DNA from: Candidatus Zixiibacteriota bacterium
GTDB lineage: Bacteria > RBG-13-66-14 > B26-G2 > WVWN01
Reading direction: 5' to 3'
DNA: 64,000 nucleotides
Assembly (NCBI GenBank): GCA_030613505.1
Contig: JAUWLW010000007.1
Location: forward strand, 6,360-70,359
A program made the translations under genes and the position numbers. This document shows positions 1 to 8,253 of the stretch, in pieces. The first letter of the stretch is position 1; each line of letters opens with the position of its first letter. The notes beneath the pieces were generated by a model, which saw only the letters and a list, made by a program, of their open reading frames with translations, made no database searches and was not told the DNA's origin.

Positions 1-414
1 GTAATCCAGCGAGGAGTCCACGCCGTTGGAAGAACTCTCGGTTTTGAACTCGTCGTACTCTTCGGTGGGCGGACGGTGTACCAAATTATACGAGTTGCCG
101 TACGAGACGCTCAAGCGCCACGGCGTAGGCGGGTCGTAGTCGATGCTAAGGCTGGTGTTCCTTCCGCGCGAGGACCTGTTGTCCTCGGGGTTATAGCCGT
201 TATCGAGCGACGTCGACGTTGCGAAGTCCAGGTTGCGGGTCAGCGGTACGTTGTACGACACGCTCCCGCTGGCGTTTTTAGAATCGCTTTGCGAGTAGTA
301 GTTGAAGTCAAACGTTTTGGCGGATTCGGCCTCCTCGCCGCCCTCGTCGGCTTGCGCGGACGAGAGGAGGATGGGTACCGCGAAGATTAAGAAGTATTTA
401 ATCGCTGATTTCAT
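1..414 (-). CDS. Secreted, probable outer-membrane beta-barrel protein (5' part; runs off the window edge)
   Basis: Not in ORF track. Manual translation from ATG at 414: MKSAIKYFLIFAVPILLSSAQADEGGEEAESAKTFDFNYYSQSDSKNASGSVSYNVPLTRNLDFATSTSLDNGY...; signal peptide ending AQA, Ser/Tyr/Asn-rich alternating beta-strand pattern, open to position 1; overlaps the deoB stop. Confidence 0.65.
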   Translation of the reverse strand, partial: MKSAIKYFLIFAVPILLSSAQADEGGEEAESAKTFDFNYYSQSDSKNASGSVSYNVPLTRNLDFATSTSLDNGYNPEDNRSSRGRNTSLSIDYDPPTPWRLSVSYGNSYNLVHRPPTEEYDEFKTESSSNGVDSSLDY

Positions 415-1588
415 TTAAAAACGACGTGCCGGCCGCCAGCGGGCCGACGGCGAAGTTCTCCGCGACGGTCTGGCCTACGTCTGCGAGCGTAGCCCTCGTG
501 CCTAGCGGGACGCCGCGACCGATGCGTCGGTGCCACGCGAGGAGGGGCGTATATTCGCGGCTGTGGTCCGTGCTGGGCGTCGTCGGGTCGTTGCCGTGGT
601 CCGAAAGGATTAGTATTAAATCGCGCGCGTCCGTCTCACTCTCGACGGACGGCAAAGCGGCGTCGAAATCCTCCAGGGCCCGGGCGTAGCCCTCTACGTC
701 GTTGCGATGGCCGTATACCGTATCCGTGTCGTTCAGGTTGACGAACAGCAGGCCTTCGAACTCGTCGCGTAGTTCGTTTTTAACGGTGCTGACGCCGTCG
801 GCGTTGTCCTTCGTGTGGCTGCAGTCGGTGAAGCCGCGGCCGGCGAAAATGTCGTCAACTTTGCCGACGCCCCTTACGTCGAATCCGCTTTCGCTGAGTT
901 CGACTAGTAACGTGGGAGCCGGCGGGGGTAACGAATAGTCGCGACGGGCATCGTTACGCCGGTAAAACGAGCCGACGTCGCCCGCGAAAGGGCGTACGAT
1001 TACTCTACCGACGGCGTACGGCCTCTTCATAGCGCCGCGAGCTTTCCGGCCGATGTCGTAGAGCTCGTCGAGCGGTACGACGTCGACGTGGGCGGCTATC
1101 TGGCAAACGCTGTCGGCCGACGTGTAGAGTATCAAAGCGCCGGTCCGAAGGTGTTCTTCGCCCAATTCGGCGATTATTCGCGTACCGGACGCGGCCCGGT
1201 TGCCTATGAACTCGCGGCCTGTCGCCGCCCTCAACTTTTCTACCGTGTCCCGCGGGAACCCCTCCGGGAAGAGGGGAAAGCTCTTTTTTAAAACGACGCC
1301 GGCGATCTCCCAATGGCCGCTGGTGGAATCTTTGCCTACCGCGGTCATCGTCAACTTGCCGTATCCACCGGTAACGGCGGTTTCTTCAAAGCCGGGAAGG
1401 CGCGTCAAACGGTTAAGGCCCCGTGCGGCGAGGTGGGGGAGACGCAGTCGTCCTCGCGCGTTGACGACGTTGCCCAAACTGTCGGACCCCTCGTCGCCGA
1501 ATTCGCTCGCATCCGGCAATTCGCCAATTCCGACGCCGTCGAGTATAATAACGATAACGCGGTCGAACCGTCTATTCGTCCTAGTCAC
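398..1588 (-). CDS. deoB: Phosphopentomutase
   Basis: ILDGVGIG, GKDSTSGHWE, YTSADS, YGHRND, SDHGNDPT, DHSRE motifs; GTG at 1588 overlaps the mtnA stop (ORF track start 1603). Confidence 0.95.
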   Translation of the reverse strand: MTRTNRRFDRVIVIILDGVGIGELPDASEFGDEGSDSLGNVVNARGRLRLPHLAARGLNRLTRLPGFEETAVTGGYGKLTMTAVGKDSTSGHWEIAGVVLKKSFPLFPEGFPRDTVEKLRAATGREFIGNRAASGTRIIAELGEEHLRTGALILYTSADSVCQIAAHVDVVPLDELYDIGRKARGAMKRPYAVGRVIVRPFAGDVGSFYRRNDARRDYSLPPPAPTLLVELSESGFDVRGVGKVDDIFAGRGFTDCSHTKDNADGVSTVKNELRDEFEGLLFVNLNDTDTVYGHRNDVEGYARALEDFDAALPSVESETDARDLILILSDHGNDPTTPSTDHSREYTPLLAWHRRIGRGVPLGTRATLADVGQTVAENFAVGPLAAGTSFLNEISD

Positions 1589-2618
1589 GGCGAAGCGCGG
1601 CAAGCGCGGCGCCCAACGGTGGTTTGGCCACGCCCCCCTCCATAATGACCGCGTCTATCAAGTACGCCGGCGTTACGTCGAACGCGGGATTATAAACGTC
1701 CACGCCCACGGGAGCGAAACGGGCGCCGGCGAAAGACGTTACTTCCTCCGGGTTTCGCTCTTCTATCGGAATGTCCGCCCCCGAAGCCATGTCGAAGTCC
1801 ACCGTCGAGAGGGGCGCCGCCACGTAGAAAGGAACCAGGAAATGCCGCGCCAATATCGCTAGATTGAGCGTTCCTATTTTATTAGCGGCGTCGCCGTTAG
1901 CTGCGACGCGGTCGGCGCCGACGACGACGCAGTCGACCTTCCCCTGGGACATTACTGAGGCCGCCATGTCGTCGCAGATTAGGGTGGCCGGGATGCCGGC
2001 TTGCGTCAGCTCCCAGGCCGTCAAGCGCGCCCCCTGCAACAGGGGCCTCGTCTCGTCGACGTAGACCGATACGTTTTTTCCCTCTTCGACCGCGGCGTAC
2101 ACGACGCCCAGAGCGGTGCCATAGTCGACCGTCGCCAACGCGCCGGCGTTGCAGTGGGTTAGAACCGTAGCGCCGTCTTCCAGAAGGGCGGCGCCGAACT
2201 TGCCCAAGCGGCGGTTGGCCTCCCGGTCCTCTTCCTCGATAGCTTTCGCCTCGCGCTCGAGCCGTTCGTAAAGTTCTTGGGCCGAAGCCTCTTGCCCTTG
2301 GGCCGCGGCTTCCATCCGGCGGACGGCCCACGCCAAGTTGACCGCTGTCGGCCGCGCCGCCGCCAATAACTCGGCCGCCCGGGCGACGTGCTCCCGCAAT
2401 TCTTCGGGCGACGAATTTTTTGCGGAATGCGCGGCAAGCAATACGCCGTACGCCGCGGCGACGCCGATAGCCGGCGCGCCCCGGACGACGAGGCGGTGGA
2501 TGGCGTCCCGGACTTCTTCGGCCGAGTCGCAACGCTTTATAACCAGCTCCGAAGGTAAGAGCGTCTGGTCGACGAGCTCGAGCGCATCGCCGGCCCATTT
2601 TAACGTCGGCAGCCGCAC
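1581..2618 (-). CDS. mtnA: S-methyl-5-thioribose-1-phosphate isomerase
   Basis: VRGAPAIG, RPTAVNL, LTHCNAGALAT, ETRPLLQGARLTAWEL, NKIGT, NPAFDVTP motifs. Confidence 0.95.
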   Translation of the reverse strand: MRLPTLKWAGDALELVDQTLLPSELVIKRCDSAEEVRDAIHRLVVRGAPAIGVAAAYGVLLAAHSAKNSSPEELREHVARAAELLAAARPTAVNLAWAVRRMEAAAQGQEASAQELYERLEREAKAIEEEDREANRRLGKFGAALLEDGATVLTHCNAGALATVDYGTALGVVYAAVEEGKNVSVYVDETRPLLQGARLTAWELTQAGIPATLICDDMAASVMSQGKVDCVVVGADRVAANGDAANKIGTLNLAILARHFLVPFYVAAPLSTVDFDMASGADIPIEERNPEEVTSFAGARFAPVGVDVYNPAFDVTPAYLIDAVIMEGGVAKPPLGAALAALRRD

Positions 2619-2646
2619 GTTTTGGATTCCTCCACGTTAAATAGCG

Positions 2647-2675
2647 ATTGTATTTAAAACCAGGGTTTAAGTCAA
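2647..2675 (-). promoter_or_regulatory. Sigma70-type promoter for mtnA-deoB
   Basis: TTGACT-17 nt-TACAAT on the minus strand, followed by GGAGG upstream of the mtnA GTG. Confidence 0.6.
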
Positions 2676-2824
2676 GTGCTAACGCGTTCTCCCTATTGCG
2701 CTTGGTAAAAGGTTTATGGTAGATTTCAACGGTATGAGCGTTTATAGTAAGGCCTTGCCGACGTTTGTATATTACCCGGCCGCGGGTATATGTCGACGAC
2801 CCGGGTTCGGTCGATAGCATAGAA

Positions 2825-3268
2825 ATGGTGAACGAAAAGAAGTTGGACGCAGGTGCCGGGCGGCAAGCGATATTGAAGCCCGAGCTAGAGGAAAGGCCGC
2901 CGCTGGGCCCGGTGGTGGCCGTCGTGCGTTTCGCGGCGCCCTGGTGGCGCGGCGCGGCGCGGCGTAGGTACGGAAAGTTCCTGGACGGCTTAGTCGCCGC
3001 TTTTCGGATCCGCGCCCGGGACGAGCCGGACCTGACGGTTACCGAGGAGGGTAACCGCGTCGTCGTCCGGCGCCGCCTCGACGACGGGCGCACCGAGGTA
3101 CGCCTCGAGCGCGACGGCCGTGCCCGCGGTACGTTATACTGCGACCGCCGCGAACTGGAAAACTTATACGTCTTGGGGGTCGTAGCCGGCGCAAAGGTAT
3201 ATCGCTCCGAGAAGATGGAGAAAGAGGCGCCGGGAACGCCGAGGGAAGATGCCGACAATAGCGGATAA
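2825..3268 (+). CDS. Hypothetical protein
   Basis: Open frame overlapping the yggS start; no family recognised; start uncertain (2765 or 2825). Confidence 0.55.
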   Translation: MVNEKKLDAGAGRQAILKPELEERPPLGPVVAVVRFAAPWWRGAARRRYGKFLDGLVAAFRIRARDEPDLTVTEEGNRVVVRRRLDDGRTEVRLERDGRARGTLYCDRRELENLYVLGVVAGAKVYRSEKMEKEAPGTPREDADNSG

Positions 3269-3932
3269 CGTGAGGACGGTCTTGGACCGCATTGCAACCG
3301 CCGCTGCGCGGGCCGGTCGGAACCCGGAAGATGTAGCGCTCGTAGCCGCCGCGAAGACGCGGAGCGCGGCGCAGGTCCGCGCCGTCGTTGAGGCGGGCGT
3401 AAAATTCGTGGGCGAAAATCGCGTCCAGGAAGCCGAGGCCAAAATGGCCGAACTGGCGGATGTCGATTGCGCATGGCATATGATAGGACACCTTCAGCGC
3501 AATAAGGCGGCGAAAGCAGTGCGGTTCTTCGACGTGGTCCAGTCGCTAGACAGCCCGCGGCTGGCGGATGAGCTTCAAAAGAGGGCCGCGGCGGCCGATA
3601 AAGTTATGACCGTCTTGCTGGAGGTTAATACGAGCGGGGAGGAGACCAAGTACGGCGTGGTGCCCGAAGCAGCGGCGGATTTCGCGGCGTACGTCGCCAC
3701 TTGCGCCAACCTCCGCGTCGAGGGTTTAATGACCATCGGCCCGCTCGGCGCGGGCCCGGCTACTACGGTGGCCGCGTTCCAAACGCTACGCGACCTCTTC
3801 GAAAAAATAGCGCCGTCTTTAGGCGGCGATTTCCGGTGGCTCTCTATGGGAATGACGGACGACTTCGAGCTAGCCGTCGAGGAAGGCTCGAACATGGTTA
3901 GGGTGGGGAGGGCGCTATTCGGCTCACGCTAG
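3249..3932 (+). CDS. yggS: PLP homeostasis protein (YggS/PLPBP)
   Basis: VAAAKT (PLP Lys), GENRVQE, WHMIGHLQRNK, LSMGMTDDF, VRVGRALFG. Confidence 0.95.
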   Translation: MPTIADNVRTVLDRIATAAARAGRNPEDVALVAAAKTRSAAQVRAVVEAGVKFVGENRVQEAEAKMAELADVDCAWHMIGHLQRNKAAKAVRFFDVVQSLDSPRLADELQKRAAAADKVMTVLLEVNTSGEETKYGVVPEAAADFAAYVATCANLRVEGLMTIGPLGAGPATTVAAFQTLRDLFEKIAPSLGGDFRWLSMGMTDDFELAVEEGSNMVRVGRALFGSR

Positions 3933-4450
3933 ACTATTTCGTAGTTCTCGGCGTGCGGGTTCGCGAGGAGGCCGCGCGAACGTTCGCGGGCGACGAGGAT
4001 TTCTTTGACGTATTTCGGGTCCGCGCCGGGCGCGAGCTTGATAGTCCATGCGACACCACGGCCGGCAGCCACGACGGCGTCGTACCCCAGCTCGATCGCC
4101 AAATGGCGACACAGCGACTCGTCGAAAAGCCCTTCGCGCGGGTACACGAGCGCGACGTAACTGTCGTCCTTCGATAATGGCCTTTCGACGGTTTGCACTA
4201 CGAAGGTCTCTTTATTGGGATTGGCAAACACGGTGGTGCCGGCCGCGATTTCGCTCAAGTACGCAAGCGCCGCCGCTTCTTCTCCCGCTACGGCCACGCG
4301 GTAGTAGTCTTGGCGGTTTAAATCGGCCAGGATGTCGCCGTACCCCAGCCGATCCGTCAAAGTCTGGCGAGCCGTAAGCGCTATGCGGTCTACGACCCTG
4401 AGAGTTACAAAAAGCTCCAACTCGACGTGTTTAGCCGTCTTCAACGCCAC
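3929..4450 (-). CDS. Tandem PurS-like two-domain protein
   Basis: Two ~85-aa halves, each with LGY and ending in an NP motif (FANPNKE; LLANPHAENYEIV) like PurS LLANPVIEDYEI; GTG 4450 preferred because ATG 4465 lies inside the predicted -10. Confidence 0.65.
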   Translation of the reverse strand: MALKTAKHVELELFVTLRVVDRIALTARQTLTDRLGYGDILADLNRQDYYRVAVAGEEAAALAYLSEIAAGTTVFANPNKETFVVQTVERPLSKDDSYVALVYPREGLFDESLCRHLAIELGYDAVVAAGRGVAWTIKLAPGADPKYVKEILVARERSRGLLANPHAENYEIV

Positions 4451-4461
4451 GCGTAAAAGTA

Positions 4462-4490
4462 ACATTATTCCTCTCAGGACGCAACGTCAA
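4462..4490 (-). promoter_or_regulatory. Sigma70-type promoter for the PurS-like gene
   Basis: TTGACG-17 nt-TAATGT on the minus strand. Confidence 0.45.
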
Positions 4491-4501
4491 TGTCTCCGCG
4501 T

Positions 4502-4530
4502 TTGACGACGTGGCACGGGTATGGTATATT
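4502..4530 (+). promoter_or_regulatory. Sigma70-type promoter (divergent)
   Basis: TTGACG-17 nt-TATATT with TGn extension. Confidence 0.55.
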
Positions 4531-4571
4531 CGCGCTGTCGCGCGAGAGGGTTTTATCCGGCGGTAGATTAA

Positions 4572-5498
4572 ATGGATATTGAGAAAAACGGCGAGTTAGA
4601 CAAAACGAGCCCGGCGGAAATCTTCGCGGCCGTCCATCGCGCACGCGCGTACGGCGTCATTCATTTCAAAAGCGCCGGTGGGGAGACCGTATTCGTTACG
4701 TTTAAGCGCGGCCTGGCCCAGCACGCTTACGGCAAAGCAGGTGAAGGGGAGGCAGCGGTAAAGGTAGTGCTAAATTGGCGGGAAGGAGAGTACCGCTTTA
4801 TCGAGGACGTAATACCGGATGAAGAAAATTTCCCGGTCAACGTACCGCCGGGGATCGCTGTAGCGCTGGGCGTCGGTAAGGGCGAGGGACTCGAGGGGGC
4901 GGCGTTGGCGAAGGTGCCGCCGCTACCTATCTTGACGGCGGGCGAACCGGCGGGCCAGGTCTCGCCCAAGGATGCGGGGGACCTTTTCGGCGAACTAGAA
5001 AAGGGGAAATTCACCGGTTGTTGCGCGGTCGGCCCACCGACGGAGCGGTTGGGTTTGTTTTTGTTTATCGAGGGTGCCGCGATCGGCGGCCTTATGTGGG
5101 ATTGCGACAGTTTCAGGCGCGGCGACGAAGCGGCGACGGCTTTGGAGAAGGTCTTCGAACGAATAAAAGGGGAACTCGAGCTATTTAGCGCGGGCGAAGA
5201 GGTCGCGTCGGCGATAGCGGTGGCCTTTGCCGGTCATTTAGCCATCGCGCGGATGCCTTCGGCCGCTATTAATATGGAGGAATATCTGTCGTGGGCCCGT
5301 AAGGTCGGGCTCACCGGTTTGGTTTCGATTATCGCCGGCGAAAAAGCCGCGAATATTTTGATAAAAAACGGCGACGTCCTCGGGGCCGTCGTCGCCCCCG
5401 ACGCGACGGTCAACGCCGAGGCCGACGAGGCGTTGGCGTTGTTTTATGCGCGGGAGGCAACCGTCGAGGCTTACGCCACAAAGGCCGGGATTATTTAA
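4572..5498 (+). CDS. DUF4388 (PatA-N-like) repeat protein
   Basis: N-terminal GEL..SPAEIF..V....YG..FKRG..HA..GEAAV..VLNWREGEYRF, then two related repeats (KFTG..FIEG; GLTG..IKNG). Confidence 0.65.
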   Translation: MDIEKNGELDKTSPAEIFAAVHRARAYGVIHFKSAGGETVFVTFKRGLAQHAYGKAGEGEAAVKVVLNWREGEYRFIEDVIPDEENFPVNVPPGIAVALGVGKGEGLEGAALAKVPPLPILTAGEPAGQVSPKDAGDLFGELEKGKFTGCCAVGPPTERLGLFLFIEGAAIGGLMWDCDSFRRGDEAATALEKVFERIKGELELFSAGEEVASAIAVAFAGHLAIARMPSAAINMEEYLSWARKVGLTGLVSIIAGEKAANILIKNGDVLGAVVAPDATVNAEADEALALFYAREATVEAYATKAGII

Positions 5499-5534
5499 CA
5501 TACGAACGCGGCTTATACCGGGAGGTTTCGTCGA

Positions 5535-6389
5535 CTAAGCGAATGCCATAAAGACAACGCCCGCGGTTATGGCGAACGCGCCACCCATACGGCGCCACCG
5601 CCCTCCTTCCCCCAAGAATCGGGCACCGAAGAGTACGCTGAATATCATGCCGACGTTGCGCGCGGCGCCGACGTACGAGACGAACGTCATATTGAGCGCG
5701 ACGAGCGCACACAGGAATCCGCCCATAGCGACGACGCCGACGGCCGCGACGAGCAGAAAGTGGCGGTATACATACCGGGCCGCGGCGAAGAGAGGGCGGG
5801 TAACCACACAATATACGCCCAGCGTAGCCGCGGCGACGAGCCACGCCATGTAGATAGCGGCGTACGGCGAGACGAAACCGATAGCCCATTTATAACAAAT
5901 GTGATGGGCCGCGATGGCGGCGCCGGTCAACAGGGAAAGTAGAACCGCGGCGGCGGTCACGCGCGCGCCGCGTCCGGGCCAGGCGACGGTACTTATCCCC
6001 GCTACGATTAGGGCGATGCCGACGTAACCCAGAAGCGTAACGTCTTCCGCAAGCAGGAATAAGCCGCCCGCGAGGATGAATAGCGGCGCCGAGCCCCGGC
6101 TCACCGGGTAAACAAGGGAGAGGTCGCCGCGGCGGTAAGTATACGTCAGCAGGATAAAATAGGTTCCTTCGATCAAACCTGCAAGCGTAGTCGCGACGAA
6201 CGGCTCGAGGGAATGTGCGTCCAGATGAGGCGCGACGAATATTACGAACGGGGGCGTATATATCGCGAGCGCCGACACGATGGCGCCGAGGAAGAATACC
6301 GACGGGTCCGCAGCCTTTTTAACCAGTAGGTTCCATACGGCCAAAATGAGTCCGGAAGCGATTACCAAGAATATGGCTGCGACAGGCAT
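5535..6389 (-). CDS. EamA/DMT family transporter
   Basis: About 10 TM helices, GDLSLVYPVSRG motif, two EamA halves. Confidence 0.9.
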   Translation of the reverse strand: MPVAAIFLVIASGLILAVWNLLVKKAADPSVFFLGAIVSALAIYTPPFVIFVAPHLDAHSLEPFVATTLAGLIEGTYFILLTYTYRRGDLSLVYPVSRGSAPLFILAGGLFLLAEDVTLLGYVGIALIVAGISTVAWPGRGARVTAAAVLLSLLTGAAIAAHHICYKWAIGFVSPYAAIYMAWLVAAATLGVYCVVTRPLFAAARYVYRHFLLVAAVGVVAMGGFLCALVALNMTFVSYVGAARNVGMIFSVLFGARFLGEGGRWRRMGGAFAITAGVVFMAFA

Positions 6390-6399
6390 AACGGCTCAA

Positions 6400-6428
6400 A
6401 GAATACCACCGCGGCCGCCTTGGGTCAA
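6400..6428 (-). promoter_or_regulatory. Sigma70-type promoter with very short leader
   Basis: TTGACC-17 nt-TATTCT with TGn; ATG only 10 nt downstream, no SD. Confidence 0.55.
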
Positions 6429-6471
6429 CGCGAAACCCAAATGTACGTATGCACCCGGTCGTACATCTCCA

Positions 6472-6987
6472 GTGCGTCTCCGGCCACGGGGCGTACGCTT
6501 GCCTTTCGTAATCGCGATGGCTTGTGTCACGGCCGCGGTTTTGTGCGCGTCGTGCGGCGACGACGGCGCCGGCCGCGGCGCGCCCGAAATACTCAAGGAG
6601 ATCGCGCCCGAAGAATACGAAAAGCTCGTGGCCGCGGGCGACGTCCCTTCTCGGGATTACGACGAGATGGGTGGAGTTTCGGATGAAGGCCTCGGGAGAG
6701 AGGGAGAGCCGCGCAAAGAATACCGGCGCGCCGGTACCCTTCGGGGAAAGGGGGACGCGGATTCGTTCGAAGTGTACGCTGGATACGATCAGGTCGACGT
6801 CGTATTCACGTGGCCCGAGGGGCAGGTAGATTTTTGGGTTAAAGTCTACGGCCGGGAAGGCGACGAGCTGGGCGACTTCGACTTGGATAAGGGCGAGATC
6901 ATCCAGCTTTTAAACGGCGGGGAGTTTACGGTGGAGATATACTCGAAAGAAGGCGGCGGCTCTTGGTCCGCGACGTATCAGAACTAA
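6472..6987 (+). CDS. Lipoprotein with C-terminal beta-sandwich (PPC-like) domain, paralog 1
   Basis: Basic N-terminus, hydrophobic stretch, LCASC lipobox; C-terminal domain about half identical to the next gene; start uncertain (6472 or 6517). Confidence 0.7.
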   Translation: MRLRPRGVRLPFVIAMACVTAAVLCASCGDDGAGRGAPEILKEIAPEEYEKLVAAGDVPSRDYDEMGGVSDEGLGREGEPRKEYRRAGTLRGKGDADSFEVYAGYDQVDVVFTWPEGQVDFWVKVYGREGDELGDFDLDKGEIIQLLNGGEFTVEIYSKEGGGSWSATYQN

Positions 6988-7055
6988 CGCCGGCGTGGCG
7001 GATAACGCGCGAAACGTAGCGCGCCGCATGAAAAAGGTCAATCGGAGAAAAAATC

Positions 7056-7084
7056 TTGACACCCGCCGTCATTATTGGTATTTT
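7056..7084 (+). promoter_or_regulatory. Sigma70-type promoter
   Basis: TTGACA-17 nt-TATTTT with TGn; GGAGG SD before TTG 7140. Confidence 0.65.
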
Positions 7085-7139
7085 CTCATCGGAGACAAGA
7101 CGCTATCATTAGTAAATGATTAACTAGGAGGTTCGCTTC

Positions 7140-7577
7140 TTGAAAGTAAAGCTATTTATAACGTTGGCGACGGCGGCGGTGCTGTGCGCCGCGATCATCG
7201 CGTGCAGCTCTTTGAAGGGCGGCGAAGAAGAGAAACCCGCCCCGACACCTACTCCCGCGCCCGCGCCTGAGCCGGAAGTCGGTAAAGTATCGAAAATCAC
7301 GTCCGGAGACACAACAACGCTTTCCGGCATCCTGCGCGGCGCAAACGATTCCAATAAGTTCGATGTCTTCGCGGAAAGCGACTTAATCGAAGTCGAATTC
7401 GATTGGCCGGACGATACGTACTTCCACGTTAAAGTACTCGGCATGGCCGGAGACGAGTTGGGCGACTTTGACTTGAGCGAAGGCGAGGTTATCGAACTTA
7501 CAGGAGGCGGTAAGTTCACGCTGATAGTCTATTCCAGAGGCGGCGACGGCCCCTGGGCGGCGACTTATACCGATTAA
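7140..7577 (+). CDS. Lipoprotein with Pro-rich linker and beta-sandwich (PPC-like) domain, paralog 2
   Basis: MKVK, hydrophobic stretch, IIAC lipobox, PAPTPTPAPAPEP linker, GDELGDFDL motif. Confidence 0.8.
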   Translation: MKVKLFITLATAAVLCAAIIACSSLKGGEEEKPAPTPTPAPAPEPEVGKVSKITSGDTTTLSGILRGANDSNKFDVFAESDLIEVEFDWPDDTYFHVKVLGMAGDELGDFDLSEGEVIELTGGGKFTLIVYSRGGDGPWAATYTD

Positions 7578-7598
7578 TTACGTAAACCCCTCCTCCTT

Positions 7599-7633
7599 GG
7601 GCGTCGGCCTTCGCGGGTCGGCGCCCTTTCTTT
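7599..7633 (+). terminator. Intrinsic terminator
   Basis: GGGCGTCGGCC / GGTCGGCGCCC stem (with G:U pairs) followed by TTTCTTT. Confidence 0.7.
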
Positions 7634-7648
7634 AACGAGGGTCGTTCT

Positions 7649-8050
7649 ATGGTTACGATAGATCTCGACAAACTATTGGCCGCGGCGAGCGCGGTCCGAG
7701 AGCGAGCGTACGCCCCGTATTCGCATTTCGCGGTCGGCGCCGCGGCGTTGGGAAGTGACGGCCGGGTCTACGCGGGAACGAACGTCGAGAACGCCTCGTA
7801 CGGCTTAAGCCTTTGTGCCGAACGCGCCGCCGTGGCCGCGGCCGTTGCGGGCGGCGCGTCGGAGATACTCGCCGTAGCGGTAATCGCCGACCGTCCGGTA
7901 CCGCCCTGCGGCGCGTGCCTTCAGGTGATCGCGGAACTGGGGCCTACGGCTACCGTGGCCTGGGGGGACGGTACGGGCGGTTATAACGTTGCCGAAGTGG
8001 GCGAGCTCTTGACGAAGCCTTTCAGGCTCGAACGGGGCGAAGGTAGGTAG
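7649..8050 (+). CDS. cdd: Cytidine deaminase (homotetrameric type)
   Basis: AYAPYSHF, NVENASYG..CAER, PCGAC zinc motifs. Confidence 0.95.
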   Translation: MVTIDLDKLLAAASAVRERAYAPYSHFAVGAAALGSDGRVYAGTNVENASYGLSLCAERAAVAAAVAGGASEILAVAVIADRPVPPCGACLQVIAELGPTATVAWGDGTGGYNVAEVGELLTKPFRLERGEGR

Positions 8051-8224
8051 CAACGCCGTCGTGGGCTTAGCGGGCTGCGGCAAGCGGTTACGCGGGTCGT
8101 GTGGGCAGGATTACTCTGCCAGTATTTTATTTTCGGCCCGTTCGCGGCCGTAGAAGCGGCGTATATAAAATATACAAAAACAACGAACCGGGGGCCAAGC
8201 TTACCTTAACTATCTTTAAATCGC

Positions 8225-8253
8225 TTGAAATAGAGGAGGTGGTTTATTATAAT
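8225..8253 (+). promoter_or_regulatory. Sigma70-type promoter
   Basis: TTGAAA-17 nt-TATAAT. Confidence 0.55.

Noticed and set aside
76-390. 104-aa plus-strand ORF
   Set aside because: Antisense shadow of the signal-peptide ORF at 1-414
2734-2817. 27-codon ORF MSVYSKALPTFVYYPAAGICRRPGFGR after a possible promoter
   Set aside because: No SD, motif or attenuator structure to support it
1897-3474. 525-aa minus-strand ORF and many similar Arg/Pro-rich or antisense ORFs (e.g. 49685-50818, 32528-33373)
   Set aside because: Off-frame shadows of well-supported genes, expected in GC-rich DNA
4511-4525. TGGCAC as a sigma-54 -24 element
   Set aside because: The -12 position reads TGGT rather than TTGC, and it lies within a good sigma70 spacer
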